Source of the DNA: Ruminococcus sp. | Lineage (GTDB): Bacteria; Bacillota; Clostridia; Oscillospirales; Ruminococcaceae | Assembly (NCBI GenBank): GCA_045128995.1 | Contig: JBGVIW010000050.1 | Location: 1,211 to 65,210 of the forward strand | Direction: 5' to 3' | Length of the DNA: 64,000 nucleotides | Part shown: positions 1 through 8,071 of the stretch, piece by piece | Layout of the letters: every line of letters starts with the position of its first letter | Numbering within the stretch: the first letter of the stretch is position 1 | Program-made: the position numbers and the translations under genes | Notes under the pieces: generated by a model | Databases searched by the model: none | Told to the model about the DNA's origin: nothing | What the model saw: only the letters and a program-made list of their open reading frames with translations

Positions 1-226
1 GCGTTTTATCGTCTATGATGTTCTGCATCACAGTAGAGAGCGTTATGGGAATATCGTCTGGTCTGTTATAACCCAGAGCCATCGTGAGATTTGCCTGTGC
101 ATCGGCATCAATCAGTAGGACTTTTTTACCCTGCTGCACCAGACTTACACCCAGATTAACCGCTGTGGTTGTTTTTCCGACACCGCCTTTCTGGTTAGTC
201 AGAGCAATCACTTTGCAATTTGACAT
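1..226 (-). CDS. parA: ParA/Soj-family ATPase, N-terminal part (truncated by window edge; not in the ORF track)
   Basis: Manual translation of the minus strand from ATG at 226: [48 protein letters not shown] (deviant Walker A KGGVGKT). RBS GAAAGGAGG upstream. Confidence 0.9.
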   Translation of the reverse strand, partial: MSNCKVIALTNQKGGVGKTTTAVNLGVSLVQQGKKVLLIDADAQANLTMALGYNRPDDIPITLSTVMQNIIDDKT

Positions 227-352
227 AGATGCGTCCTCCTTTCGCATAGATTTAGCCACTTTGTCAAGGTGGCTATGTAAACAAGTACCAGAGAACGAAA
301 AAAAGCCGCCTACTCTTAAAATCAATAAGAATAAGCGGCTTCGTAATTTGCC

Positions 353-538
353 TTAGACATATTCAATTTTCATTCTCTTGGACGGTGCATTTATGACCTT
401 AAAAATAAGCTCGTCAATACAATCCGTATATCTGCCTTGCTGTATGAGCTGATTTTTTAACTCTACAAGGCTATGTATTAAAAGTTTTCTTTCGTGGCTA
501 TCCAAATACAGATGATTGGTTTTATCTTTCATTGTCAC
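353..538 (-). CDS. Small conserved-type hypothetical protein of Clostridiales ICEs, upstream of parA
   Basis: 61-aa ORF with RBS AAGGAGG; protein-like composition. Confidence 0.65.
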   Translation of the reverse strand: MTMKDKTNHLYLDSHERKLLIHSLVELKNQLIQQGRYTDCIDELIFKVINAPSKRMKIEYV

Positions 539-848
539 AACCTCCTTGTACCTATATTATATAGTAGAGTAGAGATAAGCTCCAATGTGTAATAGGCTTG
601 TCCTATGCTACATTGGGGGAATAGCAGCGTATATATTGATTGTTCACTCATTGCCACGCTGTACCATAGTTGGATGTTCGGAAAATTCTACTTGATTATT
701 CTCGCCATACCTTAACACCTTATCCGAGGTTTTTAAGTTATGTACCCAGAAACCCCTAAAACGTGGGATTCTAAGAGATTTTGTGTTTTGGAACATTTCC
801 GATGCTTCTCTGGGTCTTATTTTTTGAAAATGGCGCATTTCATACAGG

Positions 849-1427
849 TTAGTCAAATTCAAATTTTATATGTAAAATTCCATCTAACCCCTGAAATGCT
901 GTTTCTAATGATTTTGCAAACTGCTTGTCGGTAACAGTTTTTTCCTTTTTAGCTTTAATATGTCCCATAAATTGTCTTGCTGCATTATGTATATCTTCTG
1001 TTTCGGTATATTTATTTCGATAATGAAAAGTACATATCACGCCATTTATGTCATAAGCTTTTTTTAATTGCTTAACATGAACTTGTAATACCTTCAACAG
1101 TTTTTTATCAAGAGCGTTACAATACCCATTTGAAAAATCAATTCCTTTATACAATTCTGTAGAATCATCAGTTCTTACCAATAATTCAAATTTCTCCCAA
1201 TCAATTAAAAAGTGTATTTTGCCGTGAGAACCTTCGTTAGAATCTTGAAACGAAATAGTTATTTCTTCAATTATGTCTCTTTCAATTATGCCCTTTGACA
1301 AATCATCTTCAATATGAACGCCACAAATCTCTGTTAGTTCATATAAAACTCCAGCTAAAACCCTCAGACGAAGTTGTGTGTTAATATCAACTTTTAATTT
1401 AGGTGGCAGTATCTCAATATTTACCAT
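849..1427 (-). CDS. Hypothetical protein (192 aa), last gene of the defence operon
   Basis: Start reassigned to ATG 1427 (MVNIEILPP), with GGTGA RBS and lying 2 nt after the stop of the AAA+ gene. No recognisable motif. Confidence 0.75.
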   Translation of the reverse strand: MVNIEILPPKLKVDINTQLRLRVLAGVLYELTEICGVHIEDDLSKGIIERDIIEEITISFQDSNEGSHGKIHFLIDWEKFELLVRTDDSTELYKGIDFSNGYCNALDKKLLKVLQVHVKQLKKAYDINGVICTFHYRNKYTETEDIHNAARQFMGHIKAKKEKTVTDKQFAKSLETAFQGLDGILHIKFEFD

Positions 1428-1428
1428 T

Positions 1429-2343
1429 TTAATCACCCAACATATGCCTTTCTTTTGCAAATTGAATCAATAATTCATAGTCTATTTTTTCTTTCCGTGT
1501 TTCTACATATCTTGATATGTTATTGATAATAGCATCATCGATAATATCTATATTATCAAAACAACTTGATACCATAGATTTACGATAATCATTTATCAAC
1601 TGTGAAAAATCCGCAATACTTGCTTTTGAGCATCTGGCAAAAAAGCGTTCAAACTCAACAGAACTACACTTCAAATAATCTCGAAAAATATTTTCGACAA
1701 TATACTTTTTTTCATCATAATTAGGTGACCATTCAAAACGGTCTGCTCTTCCAGCCCTAATAAGAGGACTATATACTTGTGAAAAATCATTTCCTGTAAG
1801 GATTATAGGAATTTTTTCCTCATATTTGTTCTGAGTAAGATTCATTAAATAACCCGTCAACAAAGATGAATTTATAGTTCTCTTTACATTATCATCAACA
1901 GAGGCATTACTTAAGTGAAAATCATCAACTATAATTGCAACTTTATCCCCTTGACTTCTCATGTCTATAGATTTTTTATATACAGATTCCATCACATCAA
2001 TGGCATCATGTTCATGAGAACCAGAAAGTTGTGATGCAGATATATATATTACAGTAATTCCATGCTGAATACACGAGGCTATTGATTGAGAGGTTTTTCC
2101 TTCACCTGCAGTGCCTTCAACAACTAAGAAAAGAGGTGGTAAATATTTATCATTGTTTTGAAGATAGATAGAGATAACATGTGTCAATATCGTCTTCTTA
2201 AATCTTTTTAATACATTTAGCGTACTATAAAATGCATCCCCATATTTAAAAATTTGATATTTATTTCCCGTTGATATATCAAATGTTTTATAGGCCTCTC
2301 TTAATGATTCAATATCATTAAGATTTCTATCCATAAATCCCAT
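1429..2343 (-). CDS. AAA+ ATPase resembling Rubisco activase (Rca)
   Basis: Walker A GTAGEGKT, Walker B AIIVDD, then TINSSLLTGYLMNL and PIILTGNDFSQVYSPLIRAGRADRFEWSP, which parallel Rca TVNNQMVNATLMNI and PIIVTGNDFSTLYAPLIRDGRMEKFYWAP. Confidence 0.8.
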   Translation of the reverse strand: MGFMDRNLNDIESLREAYKTFDISTGNKYQIFKYGDAFYSTLNVLKRFKKTILTHVISIYLQNNDKYLPPLFLVVEGTAGEGKTSQSIASCIQHGITVIYISASQLSGSHEHDAIDVMESVYKKSIDMRSQGDKVAIIVDDFHLSNASVDDNVKRTINSSLLTGYLMNLTQNKYEEKIPIILTGNDFSQVYSPLIRAGRADRFEWSPNYDEKKYIVENIFRDYLKCSSVEFERFFARCSKASIADFSQLINDYRKSMVSSCFDNIDIIDDAIINNISRYVETRKEKIDYELLIQFAKERHMLGD

Positions 2344-2618
2344 TACTCTACCTCCTTATCAATTACATTAATATCCTCTGATGAACGATTAGAAGCTAGA
2401 TAAGTTGCTATTGTAGAAAGATAATTAGGGTCTTTAATATCGATATTTTCAATATCGGCATTAGAGGGGATAAAAGGATTATCCCTGCGTTCTTCAGAAG
2501 CATCATACTTTTGTGGAAGCTTTTGCGTTTTGCTGGATTTCTCTTTTTTAAATAAACCAATTATTGCAACAATTATATCTTTGAAAAAACCTATAATTGC
2601 GATCCATATATTTTCCAT
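2343..2618 (-). CDS. Small protein (91 aa) with N-terminal hydrophobic/amphipathic helix
   Basis: AAGGAG RBS before ATG 2618; NIWIAIIGFFKDIIVAIIGLF followed by a basic patch; TAATG overlap with the AAA+ start. Confidence 0.7.
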   Translation of the reverse strand: MENIWIAIIGFFKDIIVAIIGLFKKEKSSKTQKLPQKYDASEERRDNPFIPSNADIENIDIKDPNYLSTIATYLASNRSSEDINVIDKEVE

Positions 2619-2644
2619 AAACTTCTCCTTGTTTAAGAATTTAA

Positions 2645-4570
2645 TTATATTAGAGCTTGACCGTTTCTCCAATTGCAACGAACATATTCTTCGAACTCTT
2701 CTTTACACTCTAAATTGTTCCCATCTACGTGGTCAACAACAATTATTTGAGGTACTATTCCTGTATCTTTGCCAATTGAGTTGATTTCATCAAAAATTGT
2801 CTTATACATTTTATTGACAGCCATCAAATCAGCTTGAGTTATTTCATTTTTATCATCCCCTTGTGGGAAATACACCTGACTTGGTTGGTCAAAAAACATA
2901 ACCAAAGGCATCGGTGAATTGTCCTGGGTTGCAAAAAAACGCAGGAAACTTAAAAACAGAGCAATATGGCAGGAAACCCAATTTGCACCACTTCCCATCT
3001 CGTATAGATGGATATTCTCATTGCTTTTCTGGTGCTGATAAATGTCAAAGCTACCGTCCGTTAAACCAAAATTCAAGTCAATCGGTCTATACTCTTCTTC
3101 AAAATCAAGCGTTAAAGAAAGACGATTCATATTGTTTGATAAAAAGCTCTCAGCTTTTGACATCTTCTTATCAACATCAAATCCTTTGATTTTTTCTTCG
3201 AGTCTGGCTATTTTTTCTTTAAGTTCTTCAATATCTCCATCAACCGTTTCAAATATACCAGAGCTACTCATTTCAGCATATAAAGCGATTCTCGCTTTTG
3301 CGTAATTTACTTTTTCTCTCTTTGAAACAAGAGCTTTTGATAAAATGAATTTTTCCTCAATTGTCTTTATCTGTCTCCAAACATCTCGTATTTTTTCATC
3401 AATCTTTGAGTGAGCTTCCTTGAGTTTTCTAACATCTTCAGAAAAATCAGCAGTGTATTTTTCGGTAATTCTTAATTCGTTATCTAACCATTCTGTAGCC
3501 TCAATGAGCTTTGAATCATTCTCGGCAATTTCTTTACATTCGTGACCGCAAAGAGGACAGGAATATTCGTCAGTTTCAATTTCAGCTATGCTTGTTTGTT
3601 GTTTCAAATTCTTCAACATTTGAGTGAAAGAACTGCCTGTATCAAAAGCATTATCTATATTTTTAATTTTTAATAAGATTTCTCGTTCTTCATTTCTGAG
3701 ATTTTCTAATACGGCATTTAATTCACTGTAACGTTCAGTTATTTTATTTTCACCAAAAAGTTGTGTGTCATCGAACTCTGGTAAATTAGAAGCTATCTTA
3801 AGCATTTTCTGTACTGAAATTTTTCCGTCAAAATCCTGTTCAAGCAATGCAAAATAATCCGTTAATAACGGCGAAAGATTTTCTTTAATATATGCAGTGC
3901 TTTTTTCATTAGCTTTCTGTTTTTTGTATTTTTGTTTCAATTGAGCTTTTAATGTATTTAATTGAATTAAGTCGCTATAATACTCTTGACTAATCATACC
4001 TGCAAAAACAGGAAATTGGTCTATCACATCTTTTCTTTTATAAAAATCTGAGAACCGATAGAATAACGCAAACTTACTTGCCATTAAGTTTTGATGTTGA
4101 AACAAGTAAGAAACCATGTTTCTTAATGACGCTTTTTTCCCTTGTTGGTCAGCATCGGTAGCCATATTTGTCACAAATAAACCTAATGCACATTCAATCT
4201 CATTTTTTACATCTTTATGTGGCAAAGCCGGTTTTTCTACAAAATAGCTTAGCTCCAAATTTTCAGGTTCAAAGCCCTTTGCTTCTTTAGAAAAATGCAT
4301 TTTGCCGCCATCATCCCAATTATAACGAGCGATAACATAGGTATTATCACCTATAGCCATTACAAGAGTATAAAGATACGAAAAGTCGGTTATTTTGCCT
4401 TTTGGTATTGTACAACGAGTACTGCACAAGCAATAATCAATTATCTCAACTAATGCACTTTTACCTGTTTTGGATTCGCCAGTGATTATATTTACTCCTT
4501 GCTCAAGTGGAACTACTCTTTTTTCGCCATTTTTATTAAATATAATAATAGCTTTTATATAACTTTTCAT
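2645..4570 (-). CDS. lmuB: Lamassu LmuB / ABC-three-component SMC-like ATPase (DUF3732 type)
   Basis: Walker A GESKTGKS, coiled coils with central CPLCG zinc hook, signature MGSGAN, Walker B FFDQPSQVYF, H-loop VVDH. Confidence 0.85.
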   Translation of the reverse strand: MKSYIKAIIIFNKNGEKRVVPLEQGVNIITGESKTGKSALVEIIDYCLCSTRCTIPKGKITDFSYLYTLVMAIGDNTYVIARYNWDDGGKMHFSKEAKGFEPENLELSYFVEKPALPHKDVKNEIECALGLFVTNMATDADQQGKKASLRNMVSYLFQHQNLMASKFALFYRFSDFYKRKDVIDQFPVFAGMISQEYYSDLIQLNTLKAQLKQKYKKQKANEKSTAYIKENLSPLLTDYFALLEQDFDGKISVQKMLKIASNLPEFDDTQLFGENKITERYSELNAVLENLRNEEREILLKIKNIDNAFDTGSSFTQMLKNLKQQTSIAEIETDEYSCPLCGHECKEIAENDSKLIEATEWLDNELRITEKYTADFSEDVRKLKEAHSKIDEKIRDVWRQIKTIEEKFILSKALVSKREKVNYAKARIALYAEMSSSGIFETVDGDIEELKEKIARLEEKIKGFDVDKKMSKAESFLSNNMNRLSLTLDFEEEYRPIDLNFGLTDGSFDIYQHQKSNENIHLYEMGSGANWVSCHIALFLSFLRFFATQDNSPMPLVMFFDQPSQVYFPQGDDKNEITQADLMAVNKMYKTIFDEINSIGKDTGIVPQIIVVDHVDGNNLECKEEFEEYVRCNWRNGQALI

Positions 4571-5055
4571 TTTGTATCAACTCCTAAAAAGAAAGATAAA
4601 TGGTCTTCGGTGGTTTTTGAAAACACAACTCCAAGGTAAAATGCACATTTAATCCAATCTTTGATAGCTCCCTCAAAATCTTTGTAATCAATTTTCTTGA
4701 TAAGGACAATCTTGTGATTGTTAAAGGCTATTTTTCCTTCGGAAGATAAAATAATAATTGCTTCTTTACAATATGGTTTAAGTGAATTATATCTGTCAAC
4801 ATAGCCAGATAACCTTGTTTTACCAGAAATCTTACTTTCATCAATAATTTGAGGGGACTGAAACAAAGTATCTATTCGACTTCTTCTATTTGCATTTACT
4901 AATTTTTCACGTGATTCAGCGTACAGTAAAATTGGAATTGCCATAAACGGCAATTTTATCTCACAAGGTTTTTCGTAACCAGAAAGAAAACTCTGCATTA
5001 GTAAAGAATAAAAATGAGGATTCATTGAAAGCTTTTTGATGTTATTTATGCTCAT
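4567..5055 (-). CDS. lmuC: Lamassu LmuC / ABC-3C middle component
   Basis: ~160 aa between effector and SMC ATPase; NPHFYSLL..SFLSGY..LPFMAIPILL pattern; ATGA overlap with lmuB. Confidence 0.75.
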   Translation of the reverse strand: MSINNIKKLSMNPHFYSLLMQSFLSGYEKPCEIKLPFMAIPILLYAESREKLVNANRRSRIDTLFQSPQIIDESKISGKTRLSGYVDRYNSLKPYCKEAIIILSSEGKIAFNNHKIVLIKKIDYKDFEGAIKDWIKCAFYLGVVFSKTTEDHLSFFLGVDTK

Positions 5056-6196
5056 TCTTTTCTTCACCTACTTTCCATTTGAAATCTGTTTCATCCACTA
5101 TGTTATGTATAACCCCTCGCTGGAAGTATCCTTGATTACGAATAATAGAGCCAAAATCATTCGCATCCCAACTCATTACACCATTGTAAAGCTGCTTTGA
5201 AATTTTTATTTGTTCTTCCTCGGTTGCTCCTTCAGCATTCAAATCGCTATTCGCTTTACTATATTGCATCTTTGCAGACAAATCTTCCATATATGATTCA
5301 AGACTTTCTAAATACATAAGGTTGTCCCTAAAATATTTGGCAACGGTTAAATCCGCTTTCCAATAATCTGACATTGCATTTGGAATCATTTTGTCATACT
5401 TAATCTCACGAATAGACGCAACAAATTTTTTCTGTTCGAGTGTAGTAATTTTGTCTTTAGGAACAACAGCTTTTGCGTACTCATTTGGAAGTGGTGCAGT
5501 TCCTTTTGTTCCATATGCTGTTGATTGTATCTGTAGAATTTCATCAAATGCTGACTTGGTCACCTCCCATTTATGCGGGGGTTCCTTAACTTTTATTAGT
5601 ATTTCGCCAAGCAAAGCACCTATATATCCGTCTCTATTTTCGGAAGGAATGTGACCTACATATTTAGAAAATTCATTAGATATACCGTCTATTGAAGTTT
5701 TGGCAGCTTCAATCGTAAATTTATCTAATATTTTCAAAAGGCGACTTTCGTCATAAGAGTCACCGAAAATTCTATTATATTGATTCCTGAATGTTTCTTC
5801 AGTTTTCTTAGAGATAGCTCCTATGTCTTTTAAGCGTTTTAATTTCTCAGTCTTTTTTATATTATTCCAACTATGAAACGGAGAATCACTTTGAATTGTA
5901 GCTGTAGTACTGAGTATATAATTGGAAAAGTTTTTTACACGCTCATAGTCTACATACCAATTTGCAAGTGTCTTCCAAAAATCTATATCTCTGTCCGAAA
6001 TAGATGTATTTCCAAAATGATGTTTTACTTCTCTCTGAAAGCGACCACCCACATCATTTATAATGCTCACATCACCATTTGTCTCAATTTGCAGAGTATC
6101 GCTATCGTTCAATTCAAAGCAATCTCTTAAAGCTATTAGATACTGGTATATATCACCAGCTTTTTGCAATGTTGCATCATTAACTGCTCTTGTCAC
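5042..6196 (-). CDS. lmuA: Lamassu LmuA effector, probably Cap4-like dsDNA endonuclease plus ABC-3C C-terminal domain
   Basis: N-terminal AGDIYQY..IETNGDV..QREVKHH resembles the Cap4/PD-(D/E)xK nuclease pattern; C-terminal RGVIHNIVDE..FKW; sits directly upstream of lmuC-lmuB. Confidence 0.7.
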   Translation of the reverse strand: MTRAVNDATLQKAGDIYQYLIALRDCFELNDSDTLQIETNGDVSIINDVGGRFQREVKHHFGNTSISDRDIDFWKTLANWYVDYERVKNFSNYILSTTATIQSDSPFHSWNNIKKTEKLKRLKDIGAISKKTEETFRNQYNRIFGDSYDESRLLKILDKFTIEAAKTSIDGISNEFSKYVGHIPSENRDGYIGALLGEILIKVKEPPHKWEVTKSAFDEILQIQSTAYGTKGTAPLPNEYAKAVVPKDKITTLEQKKFVASIREIKYDKMIPNAMSDYWKADLTVAKYFRDNLMYLESLESYMEDLSAKMQYSKANSDLNAEGATEEEQIKISKQLYNGVMSWDANDFGSIIRNQGYFQRGVIHNIVDETDFKWKVGEEKNEHK

Positions 6197-7112
6197 GGTC
6201 AGTACCTCCCTTCAGATTTGACCATTTTCTCGCATTGCTTTTCCAGATATTTTGCCACTCATCTTCATTCATAATCGCATCAAACACAGGCTCAAGAAAA
6301 GTCTGGATTTCTGCAATGACGAATGGAAACTCAAGCGTGTTATCTTTTATGGTTTTCAAAAAGAATTTCCAACGTTTCTGCATATCTTCATCATCGGCAA
6401 GTGCAACAACACGCTTAAAACTATCTCTGTCATAGGGAGTACCACGCCGCTGTAAGGTTTCAAATATAGCTGCCTGCAATTTTGCACCCTCAAAATCGAA
6501 TGTCCTTGAAAGATAATAGATGTCATAAAAATCTTTCATTCTGCCTGTCAACTCAAAGCGTTGTAGTATGGCATCAAACTTCTCGGCAATGGTGCTTTCA
6601 AGGGAATAAGTTTTGATTACAGGTGCTTCAAAGTCTGGAAGCTGAGTATTGATTGTGCGTTCTTCGGCACGAGGGACTATAATATCGCCCACACCTATAT
6701 CAACATTGAACGGCACACGCACATTTTTTATTTGAGCAATAATCTGTGTGCTGATACCGTGATATTTTCTTTGAGGAGAAATTTCCTCAAAGCCTTTTGC
6801 TCGCATTTCTATATAATCGTTACCTGTCGGTGTGTCGATAATTTTACAAATCAACTCTTTTACATCATCTATTGAATTAGAGTATCCACGGAGCAGGAAA
6901 TCGACATCAATTGTTGCTCTACTTTCAAAATTAGTTAATGTATAAATGAACAATCCACCTTTGAGTATTAGCGTATCCTCACACCCAGATTTTGATAGCT
7001 TTCTCAAAAATTCTTCCTGCACAAAAAGCTGCAAACATTGCTGGTAGCTGATACCAGAAGCTTTTGCTTTATTTCTCAGCTTTGCTAGAACGGAAGCTGC
7101 AATATCTGCCAT
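6180..7112 (-). CDS. abiEii: AbiEii/AbiGii nucleotidyltransferase toxin (type IV TA)
   Basis: LILKGG, RATIDVDF and RMKDFYD motifs; ATG 7112 overlaps the abiEi stop (TAATG). Confidence 0.9.
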   Translation of the reverse strand: MADIAASVLAKLRNKAKASGISYQQCLQLFVQEEFLRKLSKSGCEDTLILKGGLFIYTLTNFESRATIDVDFLLRGYSNSIDDVKELICKIIDTPTGNDYIEMRAKGFEEISPQRKYHGISTQIIAQIKNVRVPFNVDIGVGDIIVPRAEERTINTQLPDFEAPVIKTYSLESTIAEKFDAILQRFELTGRMKDFYDIYYLSRTFDFEGAKLQAAIFETLQRRGTPYDRDSFKRVVALADDEDMQKRWKFFLKTIKDNTLEFPFVIAEIQTFLEPVFDAIMNEDEWQNIWKSNARKWSNLKGGTDRDKSS

Positions 7113-7720
7113 TACAACCACACTCCAATCAATTCTCTAACCTTTTTCTGCACACGCATTTTTTTTGCATACATCATAAGGTTTGGTATATTCTTTTTCG
7201 GGTCATTAACATACCCTTGTATTGCTTTATTGAAAATTTCTTTATCCATTTTACTCATATTTTTCAGAACATCACAAATTGTTCGGTCACGGTCATAAAT
7301 TCGCACTTTTGTAAAATCTATCTCACCTGTTGTTTCACCAAGCGTAACCAAATCTGACTCAAGGCGATATGCTTTAATGAAGGGGTACTCTATATTTGTT
7401 CGTAATTTTGAAACATTCCTGTCTATGGCAAAATTCCACTCAGCGGGGTTTCTATCGCTGTATTCATAATAGAATAGAGCAGTTTCCATACAAAGAACAG
7501 CATCGGGAAACAAACTATTAATGATAACTATTTCTTTGGTTTCGCAGTTTTCAATCCAGTGATAATAACCTCGTCTTATTCTTTCAATAAAACCCTCATC
7601 TAAAAGTTGTTTAATGTCTGCATAGTATAGCTTAGCTTCAAGAAGCTCGGCAGTAGTCATTACATAGTGATGCCGATTGAATAGCTTTCTCACATTTTTA
7701 ATATCGTTTTCACGAAGCAT
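7112..7720 (-). CDS. abiEi: AbiEi antitoxin / transcriptional regulator
   Basis: N-terminal wHTH (IERIRRGYY), LCMETALFYY and YDRDRTICDVL motifs; adjacent to abiEii. Confidence 0.9.
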   Translation of the reverse strand: MLRENDIKNVRKLFNRHHYVMTTAELLEAKLYYADIKQLLDEGFIERIRRGYYHWIENCETKEIVIINSLFPDAVLCMETALFYYEYSDRNPAEWNFAIDRNVSKLRTNIEYPFIKAYRLESDLVTLGETTGEIDFTKVRIYDRDRTICDVLKNMSKMDKEIFNKAIQGYVNDPKKNIPNLMMYAKKMRVQKKVRELIGVWL

Positions 7721-7776
7721 TTGTCCACCTCTATTTAATTGCCTCAAATTTGTTTATTGGTTGGGTACTTTACTAT

Positions 7777-7851
7777 ATTATATGCGATTTGTATATAGAA
7801 AGTCAATAGTAAACTGCCCACTTAAAAAGCAAACAGTGGTCAGTTTACTAT
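7777..7851 (-). promoter_or_regulatory. abiE operon promoter with adjacent inverted repeat (candidate AbiEi operator)
   Basis: TTGACT (7801-7806) N18 TATAAT (7777-7782) on the minus strand; perfect 11-bp inverted repeat ATAGTAAACTG (7806-7816) / CAGTTTACTAT (7841-7851). Confidence 0.6.
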
Positions 7852-7889
7852 AAGGGAAATAGGCAATATTTTTGTTGTTTCTTTGGGGA

Positions 7890-7929
7890 TAAAAAATAAG
7901 CGTACCACTATTTCTAATGATACGCTTAT
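7890..7929 (-). terminator. Intrinsic terminator downstream of ppdK, supplied by the element
   Basis: ATAAGCGTA/TACGCTTAT stem followed by a T run on the minus strand. Confidence 0.6.
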
Positions 7930-7941
7930 CATATTTAACTG

Positions 7942-8071
7942 TTAATCAAGGTCTATGAATACCCTTACAGTGGTATCTCTCCACTGATTTTTCCTTACAT
8001 ACTGTCCGTTAGCCTTTCGATAGGCTGCTGCCTGCTCGAAACTAAGCGGCAATTCAAAGGAAAGAGAACTC
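7942..8071 (-). pseudogene. Start-less ~42-codon coding remnant, possibly the C-terminus of a large serine recombinase split off at the att site
   Basis: SSLSFELPLSFEQAAAYRKANGQYVRKNQWRDTTVRVFIDLD* begins right after the ppdK stop with no RBS or start. Resemblance to recombinase C-termini is from memory only. Confidence 0.4.

Larger units (their letters stand above)
1..8071 (-). mobile_element. End of an ICE/IME-like element (defence cargo plus start of core module); continues beyond the left window edge
   Basis: Visibly AT-rich DNA with non-host codon usage that switches abruptly at the ppdK stop codon (8072). Contains parA, AbiE and Lamassu genes. Confidence 0.8.

Noticed and set aside
644-862. 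72-aa ORF between the defence operon and the ICE core
   Set aside because: No clear RBS, no motif, and it overlaps the probable promoter region.
1429-2343. Calling the AAA+ gene a true Rubisco activase and inferring carbon fixation
   Set aside because: No Rubisco or Calvin-cycle genes in the window, and the gene lies in a mobile defence operon. Only the ATPase core resembles Rca.
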